Both the position numbers and the translations under genes were made by a program. From positions 57,610 to 121,609 of the forward strand of contig JAPDJH010000009.1 of assembly GCA_029259175.1 (NCBI GenBank): 64,000 nt of DNA, read 5' to 3'. The notes under the pieces were generated by a model. That model saw nothing but the letters and a program-made list of their open reading frames with translations. It was not told the DNA's origin and searched no databases. Below, in pieces: positions 35,637 through 46,189 of this stretch; positions within the stretch are counted from its first letter, which is position 1, and each line of letters opens with the position of its first letter. The stretch is from Hadesarchaea archaeon. Its GTDB lineage: Archaea; Hadarchaeota; Hadarchaeia; Hadarchaeales; Hadarchaeaceae.

Positions 35637-37303
35637 TTAGAACTTTTTGACCTGAAGGTTGAAGAGCTCGCGCACGCGCTGCAGGGTGTCGGCCTCAGCC
35701 GATGATTTGTCTTCCCGGATCTTCGTGATGCGGGCGAAGCGGAGCGCCATCCCACACGGATACTTCGGGCTCCGCTGAATCTCGTTGTACGCCACTTCGA
35801 CCACCACTTCCGGCTTTACCCAGATTCGTCTGCCTTCCTCGGAGATCTTCAGCTCCTGCAACCGCTTTGTCATCCACTGGATCTCCTCATCGGTGAGCCC
35901 CTTGAAAGTCTTCCCAACAATCTCGAACTTTCCTGTCTCAGCATCCAGAGCAGCCAGATAGTAATCGGAAAGCCAGCGATGACGGCGCCCGTATCCGTAC
36001 TCCGCTCCCACTATCACCAAATCGAGTGTCTCCATCGTTGGTTTGACTTTGAGCCAGTTCTTTCCTCTCACCCCTGCAGTGTAGGGGGCATCCAGCTTCT
36101 TTGCCACCAGTCCCTCGTGCCCCAATTGGATAGCCTGATTCAGAAAACGCTCGCCCTCTGCGGAATCAGAGACCACGAGCTGCGGCGAAAGCGGAATCGA
36201 ACCAGCTATTTCGGCCAGTTTTTGCCGGCGCTCGTGATAGGGGCTGTCAACAAGTGGTTCTCCGTTCAGATAAAGCAGGTCAAATAGATAGAGCTGGAGA
36301 GGGATCTCTTTAACCAGCGCTTCTATCCCACGCTCGCGTCTGAAACGGTGAAGAAGAATCTGGAAGGGCCTGGGGCGCCCGGCACTATCGACGGCGATCA
36401 CTTCTCCCTCCACGATCGCCTCAGTCGCTGAGAGCTCTTGCTGAACCAGCTGTGCTATATCGGGCATGCTTGATGTAACATCGGCCATCCTGCGGCTGAA
36501 TATCCGCACGGCAGTATCGCGCTTGTGGATCTGCACGCGGGCCCCGTCGAACTTGAATTCGAGAGCCGTGCGGCCACCGTGGATTTCCAGACACTCCTTA
36601 ATGGAGCGCGCGGTTTGGGCAAGCATGAAGCCCACAGGGGTGAACAGCTCAGGTCTAACCTTCTGTAGACCTTGGACGCCTTCCTGGGACGCAATCAAAG
36701 CAACGCGCGCAATATCCCCGATAAACGTTCGCGCGCGCCTAACAAGGTCTTCCGGCACTGCGAACGCGCGGGCTATTGCCTGCTCGACCATGCCCTCTCT
36801 GAAGCCCGTACGCATTTCACCCACTATTACCTTGGTGAGGTACTTCGCTTCGAGAGGAGTGGCTCTCGCAAAAAGGCCTTCGAGCAAGCGCTCTTTCCGC
36901 TCCCGCGCTTTCGGGCCTTTCGCCTCGGCGACTTTCACAAGAATTTGAAAGGCTCCGGTGATATCCATTGGGTGTTCCACGAGGGGGCGTTGCTTGCGCT
37001 TGTGGGTTTCAAAAACTTGTCGAACGGCCTCACCTAGGTCACCAGATTCTCTAAAAGCCCGAAAGAGATCCCCCTCGGACGCGCCGGAAACACGCAAGAC
37101 CACGTCGCGCACCGTTGCCCAGCTCACGTTCAGCTTGACAGCAGAGTGCGGTAGAAAGGGCTGACCCAGAAGCATGCGTATGGCTGGCTCGAGTTCTGGA
37201 GCGGATACTCGACACAAAAATCTGAACACAGCTCGACCATCTCTGTGCGCTTGGTGGTAGATGCCAAGTGCTCCAGGAGGCAGGCAAGATCCGAGAACCT
37301 CAT
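35637..37303 (-). CDS. lig: ATP-dependent DNA ligase (1-nt frameshift near 37216-37229)
   Basis: EFKFDGARVQ, EGE, FD, EGLVAK, WLKVK, LRF.R; N-terminus MRFSDLA...STTKRTE starts at 37303 in a different frame. Confidence 0.9.
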
Positions 37304-37364
37304 CAACAAATTATATTTTGAACCAAAAAATCACTATTTCGGATAAACGGGGTCGGAGGAGACG

Positions 37365-40034
37365 ATGAAAGACTTGCTGCGGAGAATTCAGAAAGACCGG
37401 GTTTTGTTGCTTGCTTGCGTAGTGCTGGCACTAATCGTCGGGGGCTCGCTCGCGCTCCGGCTTTCGGTGACTCTGGGCTACTGGCTCCCGCTGGGGCGCG
37501 ATGGTCCTTACAACTTCTTTCATTCCAACTACCTGCTTGACCACTACCCTCACATGCATAGCAGAGAAGTGCCCGGGTTCTTCCACTTCGCCGCATGGGT
37601 AATGGGTGCTCTGTCGGTGCTCGGGGTTTCGCGAATCACGGCATTCGATATAGCTACAGCTTTGGCCTCTGGGTTAGTGGCCATAACGACTTTTCTGATG
37701 ATGAGGCGCCTAACTAAAAACTCTTGGATAGCCCTGATGGCGGCTTTCCTGTCGGCGTTTCTCCCTGCCAATCTCAGACTAATGGGCGAACTCCAGAAAA
37801 ACGCATTTGGAGTCACTCTCATGCCGCTCAGCGTTCTCTTCTTTTGGAGAAGTTTGGAAAGCGAGAGCAAACTCGATATGATAGTGACTGGCATACTGCT
37901 GGGCGTGGTTGGACTCACCCACCAGCTAGCCTTCGGCACGCTGGCAATCGCTTATGTCACCTATCTCGGAGTGTTGATGGCGTACAGGAAACGCATCCCG
38001 TGGAAAGAAATCAGAATTGTTGCAATCATAGGCGTTGTCGCGGCTTTGATTTGCGGGTGGTACTACTATGGGGCGATAAGCGGTGCTGAAAGTCTGGCTG
38101 GAGAATCCGGTCCCGCCCCTGCCCAAGAAGGCCCTGCCATTTACAGATTTTACGACGAGTATATGGGCCGGATGTTGTTGTTTTTCTCGCTTGTTGGACT
38201 TGGAGTTGGAATTTTGCGGAGGAGGAAAAGTGATCTTTTCTTAATCGCTTGGTGGCTCAGCGCTCTCGCAATGGCCCAACCGTGGGTCTCCAGCGAATAT
38301 CAATGGAGGTTTGCGATCATGCTTGGAATGCCCACCGCCCTGCTGGCTGCAGTAGGGATCATAGATGGTATCGGTGGATTGTTGGAAAGCAAACCGTTCG
38401 CAAGGATTGGGAAATCTCACAGCCACCTTGTTCAGAAAGGAATTCTAGGTGGCGTAGTCATTTTTGTTGTCCTAGTGCAAACCTGTTCTGCCCATTATTA
38501 TGCATGGAACGGAGAGATGCTCCAGCCTTTGATCACTATGGAGGAATATGAGGCACTGGTGGAATTCAAGGAAAACTTTGGAGAAGTACCCGTCTTCGGA
38601 ACCGGAGAGGGAATTGGGCTCTATTGGCCCGATGCCGTGGGGCTTCTAGGAACCATTCAGGCGGGAGAAATAACACGGTCGCTTTCTGAAATGCTAAAAT
38701 GTCCGGGAGTTACAGCACTGGAGCTCGCCACTGAATGGTATCAGAAAGAGCAGGAAGCCGGAAATACCATCTACGCTATAACCAGACCTAGCGAGGCTAC
38801 TATTCTTGAAGATCAGCAATACTTTGTGCGAGTTTTTGAGAAGAACGGACTGGTAGCGTATTCGCTCAGCGACAACTTCATTCCGCCAGCCAGTGCTTAC
38901 ACTTCTCATCAGCTCTATGGCGAACCTCTGCCCCCGGCGGAACCGGGAGAACCGACAATCTTACACGTGTTGTTGTTTCCGATCTACCTCCTGCAGGGTG
39001 GGTTGAGATTTATAATTGGAGTTCCCCTGACCGTCTTCATTTGGGTTTTGGCCTTTTCTCTGGGTGCTGAGGTGCTACGGAAGTTCCTTTCACCAGCGGC
39101 GATGAAGCAAGCACGGTTGGGAGTTGTAGCGCTTCTCCTGATAGCCGGATTGGTCTTTCTAACCACGCTCCCGAATTCTGGAGAAAAAGGAGGGGCCCCG
39201 CCGCCAGGAGAGATGCCGCCGCCAGAGGCTCCTCCCCCGCCTGAAGGCGCCCCATTCCTCTTAACCGCTCGCTCGGCCGACGGCATCCACTGGACAAAAG
39301 ACCTCCAAGCGATAGCTTACGACGCGTCAGTCCCAGACGCTGTTTTTGATGGAGAAAACGTACGAGTATACTATTCCAAGTGGGAAGGAGGACTGGGGGT
39401 GCTGGTCTCGAAAGACCTCATTCACTGGACGGAAAAGGAAGTGAGCATTTCCGGACTACCGGAGGGCCATGGTGCAGTCGATCCCGATGTAGTGATCCTG
39501 CCCGACGGACGCTATCGGATGTACTATTACGAGCCATCCTCAATAGTGGGAGATCCGGCACTGCTGCCAGGCCCCCATGTTATTGCTTCTGCCATTTCAG
39601 ACGACGGGTACACGTTTGTTCGAGAGTCAGGCGAGCGTTACTCGCAAGAAGGAATAACTGACCCCGAGGTGATTCGGACGAACGGGGAGTGGCGAATGTT
39701 CTGTTGCACCAGCGGTGAAGTGCTGATAAGCGCTGTATCATATGACAACGGTCTGAGTTTCGCTTCTGGAAACGAGCTCCCCGTAAAAGGGGTAGCTCCG
39801 TGTGCTGTAGCTGTGGATGGAGGATATCGCATGTACTATCACCGCGGAGGGGATCGGCCAGCGATCTACTCGGCTTTCTCACCAGACGGAATCACGTGGA
39901 CTAAAGAAGGCGTATGTCTCGAAGCTGGAAGTAAAGGAGAACCTGACGAGGCAGGAGTAGAAGCTCCCACAGTGGTGCAACTCTCTTCTGGGGAGTACCT
40001 GATGGTCTATCAGACGCGAAAAATAACAGAATAA
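37365..40034 (+). CDS. Multi-TM GT-C-like membrane protein with C-terminal extracellular beta-propeller (glycosidase-like)
   Basis: LR...GRDGPY loop after TM1, >10 TM, Pro-rich linker, repeats DP.V...DG.YRMYY / S.DG..W. Confidence 0.65.
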   Translation: MKDLLRRIQKDRVLLLACVVLALIVGGSLALRLSVTLGYWLPLGRDGPYNFFHSNYLLDHYPHMHSREVPGFFHFAAWVMGALSVLGVSRITAFDIATALASGLVAITTFLMMRRLTKNSWIALMAAFLSAFLPANLRLMGELQKNAFGVTLMPLSVLFFWRSLESESKLDMIVTGILLGVVGLTHQLAFGTLAIAYVTYLGVLMAYRKRIPWKEIRIVAIIGVVAALICGWYYYGAISGAESLAGESGPAPAQEGPAIYRFYDEYMGRMLLFFSLVGLGVGILRRRKSDLFLIAWWLSALAMAQPWVSSEYQWRFAIMLGMPTALLAAVGIIDGIGGLLESKPFARIGKSHSHLVQKGILGGVVIFVVLVQTCSAHYYAWNGEMLQPLITMEEYEALVEFKENFGEVPVFGTGEGIGLYWPDAVGLLGTIQAGEITRSLSEMLKCPGVTALELATEWYQKEQEAGNTIYAITRPSEATILEDQQYFVRVFEKNGLVAYSLSDNFIPPASAYTSHQLYGEPLPPAEPGEPTILHVLLFPIYLLQGGLRFIIGVPLTVFIWVLAFSLGAEVLRKFLSPAAMKQARLGVVALLLIAGLVFLTTLPNSGEKGGAPPPGEMPPPEAPPPPEGAPFLLTARSADGIHWTKDLQAIAYDASVPDAVFDGENVRVYYSKWEGGLGVLVSKDLIHWTEKEVSISGLPEGHGAVDPDVVILPDGRYRMYYYEPSSIVGDPALLPGPHVIASAISDDGYTFVRESGERYSQEGITDPEVIRTNGEWRMFCCTSGEVLISAVSYDNGLSFASGNELPVKGVAPCAVAVDGGYRMYYHRGGDRPAIYSAFSPDGITWTKEGVCLEAGSKGEPDEAGVEAPTVVQLSSGEYLMVYQTRKITE

Positions 40035-40045
40035 CAGTGCCCGGG

Positions 40046-40609
40046 CTATTTTTTCTCCCCCACATAAACAAAGAGCTGGATTTGGCCTTCTCTTCCAGCG
40101 GGGCGCACAAGTCCACGTTTTATGAGCTTTCTAACATAACGCTCGACTCTGCGCTGAGGAACACGGATCTCTTCGGCAAGATCAGGAATCGTGAAAGCAG
40201 GACGTGTCGAAATGTATTCGAGTATCTCCTGCATGATCGCTCTGCGGGTTCGCTTCACTCTGGTTCTTGGTTCTGAGCGATAGATACTGAGTCTTGCAGT
40301 GAAGACACCGAGTCCAATTCCGACCAAAATTCCGAGCACGATAAAGGTGACAAGAAAGATTGCCGATTTTGAAACATCTGTCGGAAACACGACGGGAGGG
40401 GTACTCCCTCCGCCCCCAGTGGAGCCAGAAGTCGGCGTGGTTCCACTCTCATTGGTGCCTACTGACTACCCCACAAGCGAATTCTCCACCGAGTTGTCTG
40501 CTGGGATTCCTTCACCATGCAAGAAGTATTGCGATCCAGCATACCACATTCCACCTATTCCCAAGAAAATCAGAGCTAGGAGCAGACTGGCCTCGTATAC
40601 CGGTCTCAC
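40046..40609 (-). pseudogene. Signal/TM-linker-TM-HTH protein interrupted by in-frame TAG (40466-40468)
   Basis: GTG 40609 frame MRPVYEASLLLALIFLG...SLVG*SVGTNESGTTPT continues in frame into ORF 40046-40390 (TM + wHTH). Confidence 0.6.
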
Positions 40610-40681
40610 ATTTTATTTTACCCAGTATTCAGTTGTAACTCTGCTCTCAAAGTCAAAAAAATAAAAATAGAGGGCACGGGC

Positions 40682-40963
40682 TTACTTGCTCAGAGTAATC
40701 TCAATGGTCGAGACGTTAGCCGTGCCGCTCTCGCCTTGCACTTGCTCGGTTCCAATGGCAATGTTCTGCACGTTGAGGTTCTGCATGAAGCGGTTGCGCA
40801 GGATCTCGGCGACATCCACTGCCCTGCTGATGGCCTTACCACGTGCCTTGATGGTCACTGTGTTAGCGCCCTCGTTGAACTGGGTGATGGCTGCGAGCAC
40901 ATAGTTCATCACTGGCTTGTTGCCCACATAAACCACATTTTCGGTCTGTTTCGCTTCAGCCAT
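40682..40963 (-). CDS. albA: Chromatin protein Alba
   Basis: [36 protein letters not shown]. Confidence 0.98.
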   Translation of the reverse strand: MAEAKQTENVVYVGNKPVMNYVLAAITQFNEGANTVTIKARGKAISRAVDVAEILRNRFMQNLNVQNIAIGTEQVQGESGTANVSTIEITLSK

Positions 40964-41082
40964 GGGATCCCTCCTCTATCTTTGTCGTTGTGTGTATGCT
41001 GGGAGTTTTTAAATACCTTTCGTGAACCCGGCTTCGATCTTTGTCGATGAACTGCCAAAGCTATGTAAAAAACTGAAAAACC

Positions 41083-41865
41083 CTACTCCTCAATCCTCCG
41101 CTTGAGGAAGTAGCCTTCCGGGTCAATCTCGCGAAGAAGCTTAAGATCCTCAGCGCTCGGCTCCTGCATTGTTTTGACCTCTTTAGGAATAATCAGCTCA
41201 AAACCCACTTTGTCCTGGATATCCTCCGGAGTGAGCCCTGGAGCAACTTCCAGTAGCATCATCCTCCGAGTTCGCTTATCGTAACCGAAGAGTGCTTGGT
41301 GAGTTATCACACGGTATGGTCCGGCACCCATCACGCCCGCGCGTTCACGGTAATCGGGAGAACCATCACCAAAACCTATTGAAGTAATGAAGTCCACGCG
41401 CTCCACGAATCGGCGTTTTTCCAACGGCATGATGACTATGGTGCGCTCGCAGCTGGCCGCCATCGCCCCGGCCCCCCCGCTGCCCGGAAATCTCACCTTG
41501 GGCCGGGTGTAGTCATCACCTATTATGGTAGAATTCACGTTTCCGTACATGTCGATCTGTGCGCCGCCGATAAACGCATAGTCCGCGATTCCCCGCTGGG
41601 TGAGCTCAAACGCCTGGCACATTCCCTTCAGAAAGCAGGCCCGATTAGCTGCCCGGGTGTCGCCGACTGAAAGAGGCAGGCCGAGTTCCAAAATGGGGGC
41701 CAGCGACCCTGCCTCGAAGATCATCAACAAATTGGGCGCGTGAGTCATCTGAGCGTGCAGTGCGGAGATGATGGGAAGACCTGTCCCTACGAAAACGATT
41801 GTGTTGTCCTCGAGGACCTGGGAGCCCGTGAAGGCAATCATCTCATAGGGGTTGTAGTCCGCCAT
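41083..41865 (-). CDS. Family I CoA-transferase beta subunit (GctB-like)
   Basis: FVGTGLP, IFEAG (catalytic Glu position), GGAQIDMYGNVN, GSGGA, VDFITS.G. Confidence 0.9.
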   Translation of the reverse strand: MADYNPYEMIAFTGSQVLEDNTIVFVGTGLPIISALHAQMTHAPNLLMIFEAGSLAPILELGLPLSVGDTRAANRACFLKGMCQAFELTQRGIADYAFIGGAQIDMYGNVNSTIIGDDYTRPKVRFPGSGGAGAMAASCERTIVIMPLEKRRFVERVDFITSIGFGDGSPDYRERAGVMGAGPYRVITHQALFGYDKRTRRMMLLEVAPGLTPEDIQDKVGFELIIPKEVKTMQEPSAEDLKLLREIDPEGYFLKRRIEE

Positions 41866-41875
41866 CGGGCTCACC

Positions 41876-42925
41876 TCACACCAGCAAGGGTTGTCCGCCG
41901 TCCAACATGCGGGCCCGCTTCAGATCCTCGGGCGGGATCTTCCGTATGAAGTCGTCGTGATCCTCACATTCGAAGATGTACTTGTTGTAGTACTCCTCGA
42001 GCTTGTCTTTTTTTCCAGTCTTTCTGAACTCCTCGCAGGCGCTTCTGAACAGTCTTATGTGGGCCATGTCGAACCAGTAGAATCCATACACGGCACCCGG
42101 ATAGGCTCCGTAGGGCTGGTGCACGATTGCATCAACCACTGGAAAGGGGATCTCCGTGAGATTGGGGAACTGGCGGATCGCTTTACCTGCAATCATCTTC
42201 TCGGTTGTCACGATAGTGTAAGTGGAGGCCATGGCGATTTCTGGGCAAGTGCAGTAAGGACCAAAAATCCGACAATTTCCGTACTTGTCGGCCCCTTGGA
42301 CATGAATGATGCCCACATCGGGATGGCAGGCGGGAACCACGTAGACGTTTTTTCCCGTGAAAGGACACTCAATCATTTTGCCGCGATTGGTCAGCTCCAT
42401 ATCGGTGCCTCCCATATCGCGCACGGGAAGAAACGGCACTCCCATCGCCCCGGCTTTGAACCTAGCAGCCATTCCGTAATTCGAATAATCGTCTATCTCG
42501 ATCATTCCATTCTGGGCAAGATAGCGGAAGAGAGGGGCAAGTCCGATGACCTCGTAGGCCCACCACGCCATCTCGGCACGGCGGATAGACAGGTGATTCT
42601 CATCCAAAATCATAGCGCCCGCTAGGTACTCTGCCGTCAAGGACTGTGACTGGAAGGAAAGAGTGAGATTCTTGGCCCCCTGCCGGATGATTTCGTGAAC
42701 GATCGCTATGGGCACACGAGTATTTACGAATCCGCCAATCCCGAGATTTATCCCGTCCTTAACAAATTTTTTCACAGCGTCTTTGAGCGTCATGCGCTTA
42801 TCTCTGATCCCCTTCGGCTTGGATGCTAGGATTTTTCGAGCCTCTTCCGGCGATGGGCCCCACCACTCGAACTTGCGCTCATACGGCTTCAGCTGTGAGA
42901 TGTCTCGGATTCTGGACTCCGCCAT
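41876..42925 (-). CDS. Family I CoA-transferase alpha subunit (GctA-like)
   Basis: VKDG..LGIGGF, AGAMGVPFLP, GTD, CPFTG, HVQ.AD.YGN. Confidence 0.9.
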   Translation of the reverse strand: MAESRIRDISQLKPYERKFEWWGPSPEEARKILASKPKGIRDKRMTLKDAVKKFVKDGINLGIGGFVNTRVPIAIVHEIIRQGAKNLTLSFQSQSLTAEYLAGAMILDENHLSIRRAEMAWWAYEVIGLAPLFRYLAQNGMIEIDDYSNYGMAARFKAGAMGVPFLPVRDMGGTDMELTNRGKMIECPFTGKNVYVVPACHPDVGIIHVQGADKYGNCRIFGPYCTCPEIAMASTYTIVTTEKMIAGKAIRQFPNLTEIPFPVVDAIVHQPYGAYPGAVYGFYWFDMAHIRLFRSACEEFRKTGKKDKLEEYYNKYIFECEDHDDFIRKIPPEDLKRARMLDGGQPLLV

Positions 42926-42926
42926 C

Positions 42927-44318
42927 TCACCACCCATATCTCTCAACAAAGGATTTGAGCGCTTTGGTGAAGCACAGCATGGGGGCCCTCAGCACTCCGA
43001 AGCCGACAGTCCCATAGCCCGGTTTCTTGTGGGCCACCCCCGTGTTGATGAACGGCAGAATTCCCGTGTCCACCACTTTCCGCAGGTCGATGCACCGCGG
43101 TGTTCCCTCGAAGTTCAGGAACGGAATCGAGAAGCTCTTGTCCTTCACCAAGCATATTTCGGCCATTTCCTTCGTATATTCCGCTGCAGCCGTTGCGGTT
43201 CCTCCAACCACCTGAACCACCGCTGGGGCGGTAGCGGAGGCAAAACCGCCGAACCCTGCCGTTTCCATGATTGCACTGTCCCCGATATCCGGATTTGCAT
43301 CTTCCTCTTTGAACCCGGGAAAGAAGAGGGTCTTCGGAACCTCGGCTGGGGCAGTGAACCACTCGTCATCCAGCCCACTTACCTTGATTCCAAAATCGGT
43401 CCCGTTTCTCGCCAGCACCGTGACCACCGTGCTGTGCTTTATCCGATGACCAGCGTCCATCATCGCTTTTGCAGCTGCCATGGCCGGATTGAGAAAGAAG
43501 AGAAAGTTCTCTCCCATGAAGCGCATCACCTCAGCCTTTTCTTTCTCGCTGAAGCCAGTCTGGGCAATGAAGGGGGCAAGCTGTTTCAGAAAGAGCAAGC
43601 TGGATGCCACGTTTCTGCAGTGGAGCTCGTCTCCCATGTGAAGCGCCTGGGCCATGATCGCTTTCAGGTCAATAGGGCCGGAAAGCTTCAAGGCCTCTTT
43701 CAGTACTGGACCGAGGGTTTGCTCCATCCACTTCAATCTTTTAATGGTCTCGTCGCCGTAGGCCCCGTAACGCAACACTTTTCCAAGCCCCTCGTTGAGG
43801 TTGGAGTAGTAGCGCTTTCCATTGTTCTCCACGATAAAGACGGGCATGGAGGGAGAGATCACCCCCGCCATCGGTCCGACGCTGTCGTGGTCGTGGCACG
43901 GGGCGAATTTGATTTCTCCGCTCTTGGCAATACGTTCGGCTTCTTCAACATTTTTTGCGCGTCCCTCATAGATTAGAGCCCCCATGATCGCGCCCTTGGT
44001 CGGTCCCGACATCCGCTCCCATTCGATTGGCGGGCCGGAGTGCAGGTACGTGTCCTCATCCATTTTCGGGATGACTTCCTTCGCGGTGCCGATTCCGATC
44101 AGTTTCGGGCTGGCGGCAAGGATTCGCTCAACGGCTTTTTGGTTCGCCTCGTCCACCTCTGGGCGCTCCAGTTTCTCAAGCAGTTTTGCGAGTTCGGGAT
44201 CCCCTCCAGCCGGTGGCCTCCATTCAACGTGAACGGCTTCCGCGCGCTGGAGTTTCAGGTCCTCATAGAAGGAGCGCAACCCCACGTTGATTATCTTGAG
44301 ACGTTCCGGCAGCCTCAT
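42927..44318 (-). CDS. YlbE/DUF1116 (AllG-like) protein with N-terminal FdrA-tail domain
   Basis: LHSGPP, PCH.H..VGPMAG, NEG.GK.LR.GA, MGDELH.RN, ARNG..FGI, D.GDSAI.E, INTGVAH. Confidence 0.9.
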   Translation of the reverse strand: MRLPERLKIINVGLRSFYEDLKLQRAEAVHVEWRPPAGGDPELAKLLEKLERPEVDEANQKAVERILAASPKLIGIGTAKEVIPKMDEDTYLHSGPPIEWERMSGPTKGAIMGALIYEGRAKNVEEAERIAKSGEIKFAPCHDHDSVGPMAGVISPSMPVFIVENNGKRYYSNLNEGLGKVLRYGAYGDETIKRLKWMEQTLGPVLKEALKLSGPIDLKAIMAQALHMGDELHCRNVASSLLFLKQLAPFIAQTGFSEKEKAEVMRFMGENFLFFLNPAMAAAKAMMDAGHRIKHSTVVTVLARNGTDFGIKVSGLDDEWFTAPAEVPKTLFFPGFKEEDANPDIGDSAIMETAGFGGFASATAPAVVQVVGGTATAAAEYTKEMAEICLVKDKSFSIPFLNFEGTPRCIDLRKVVDTGILPFINTGVAHKKPGYGTVGFGVLRAPMLCFTKALKSFVERYGW

Positions 44319-45877
44319 AGCTTATCCCACACTCCTCCTCTGGTTGCTATCAAGGCCGCCATCCGAACGGCCTGTGCGTTGGACGGCATAACCACCACCC
44401 CTGCCTCCTCCAGTTTTTCCCGTTGCCTGCTCAGCCGTTGCGGATCTCCCTCGGTTCCACATACAGAAGCCACTACTGAAAGATATCTTCCCTCTTTTTC
44501 CGCGATTTGCTTAGCTTCCTTGATGGCCCCAACCAACTCTCCCGCCGGATCTAGGTTGGCACCGATCCCGAGAACCACATCTAGCAGGATGACCGCGACT
44601 TCCGGATCTCTGGCCTCTTTCAGAATTCGCTCGCGCCTGAACCTGAAGTCGATCATCGGATGGGGAACGCCGCGGACGAACTCCTCAGTCCCCATGTCCA
44701 CACAAGTGTGAGCCCGGCTTTCCCGCCCGCTTTTCAGTTTCAGTCGCGGTTCGAGCGCGACGTTCGAGTACACGTCTCCAATCAGGTCACGCAAAAGCAG
44801 GAGTGCTTCGGCACAAAGCGTCCCCCCCGAGAACAGTCCTCGGATGTATTTCTGCTCCGGTTTCAATCGCCTGCTCTCAGTTTCAACGAGCTCACGGACC
44901 TTCTCCTCCGGCAGGGTGAACTTGGTCTCGCTGGGTTTCTCGTTTCTCAGGATAGCCATCGCTTTCCGAGCCGCGTCCTCTAGGGTGATGGCCGGAACCA
45001 ACCCTGCCTGCTCGACCAGCTTAGGATCTCCTCCAATGAAATTAACGACCACCGGTTTGCCACACTCTTTTGCAACCTGCAACACTTTTTCGGCGACTTT
45101 GGGCGAGGGCGGTTTGGAAATGAGCACGATGACTTTCGTGTTTGGATCCTCCTGCAGGGCGCGGAGACCCGTCAGCATGGTGATCCCTCCAACCTCGTCG
45201 GAAAGGTCGTGGCTTCCGGTTCCAATCGCGTGCGTGATACCCACCTCGTCAAGAATGGAAGAAACTTCTTGAATGCCGGTTCCTGCAGCCCCCACAATCC
45301 CTACCGGCCCCTGTCGCACGACGTTGGAAAAACCCAACCCGATTCCTCCGATGATCGCGGTTCCGCAGTCGGGACCCATCACGAGCAATCCTCGTTCCTG
45401 CGCATACTTCTTCAGTCGGACCTCTTCCTCGATCGGGACGTCGCTGCTGAACACCATCACGTGCTTTCCGGCTCTCAGCGCACGCATGGCCTCTCGCGCA
45501 GCGAACTCCCCGGGTGTAGAAATGAGCACGAGGTTGGCATCCGGTATGTTCTCAATCGCGGCCTTTAGCGTTTTGTAGGTGACTTCTTTCACCTCGGCCT
45601 CCGCCTCAGCTTCTAGAATTTGCTCGGCTTCTGATATCGCCTTCTGAGCGGCATCCTCACTCTCGGCATCGACCACTATTATGAGATCGTTTGGTCCAGC
45701 TTTCTCCATTTCTTCCATGTAAAGTCCGGCATCCTTTAACAGTTCCTTGTTGTTGTCGGTTCCCATCATAACCGAGGCTTTGCGAACTCCTGCCTTGCTC
45801 TCGAGTTCTGTAGAAACTCTCATCAGAACGACAGAGTCTCGATAGTCCCCTTTTCTAATGTTACACTTGAGTACCAT
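44315..45877 (-). CDS. fdrA: FdrA (AllF-like) acyl-CoA synthetase-like protein
   Basis: Y.DSV.LM, MMGT..N, MGPDCGTA, GTG.QE, ISKPP, GLFSGGTL, PHPMID, GTE.DPQ. Confidence 0.92.
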   Translation of the reverse strand: MVLKCNIRKGDYRDSVVLMRVSTELESKAGVRKASVMMGTDNNKELLKDAGLYMEEMEKAGPNDLIIVVDAESEDAAQKAISEAEQILEAEAEAEVKEVTYKTLKAAIENIPDANLVLISTPGEFAAREAMRALRAGKHVMVFSSDVPIEEEVRLKKYAQERGLLVMGPDCGTAIIGGIGLGFSNVVRQGPVGIVGAAGTGIQEVSSILDEVGITHAIGTGSHDLSDEVGGITMLTGLRALQEDPNTKVIVLISKPPSPKVAEKVLQVAKECGKPVVVNFIGGDPKLVEQAGLVPAITLEDAARKAMAILRNEKPSETKFTLPEEKVRELVETESRRLKPEQKYIRGLFSGGTLCAEALLLLRDLIGDVYSNVALEPRLKLKSGRESRAHTCVDMGTEEFVRGVPHPMIDFRFRRERILKEARDPEVAVILLDVVLGIGANLDPAGELVGAIKEAKQIAEKEGRYLSVVASVCGTEGDPQRLSRQREKLEEAGVVVMPSNAQAVRMAALIATRGGVWDKL

Positions 45878-46189
45878 CCGGGCCAGCCTCCACTTTTTAT
45901 CGTTTTAGTATTTTAAAAAACTGGCTGAGGTTCCGTGGTACTTCGAAAAATCGAATTGGAGTTGATGGTACGAGTCCGGTTCGTCGCGGCATCGATTTGA
46001 AGGAAACAGAATACTGTAGGGAAGAAGAGTAAACGATGTGCTGACTAGAAATACTGCCTGTGTCTTGTGTCCGTTGGTTATATTCGCGTGAACGGCTTTC
46101 TAGCTGACTAAATAAATAAACAACAGAAAGCACTGGACTCTTCGAGCAATCGTGGAATTTTTTAACCACGACGCACACAAGAGTTTGGT

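Noticed and set aside
42708-43976. Long antisense ORFs (also 9052-10206, 51158-51925, 41891-42625)
   Set aside because: Shadows of well-supported genes in GC-rich coding sequence, with no motifs of their own
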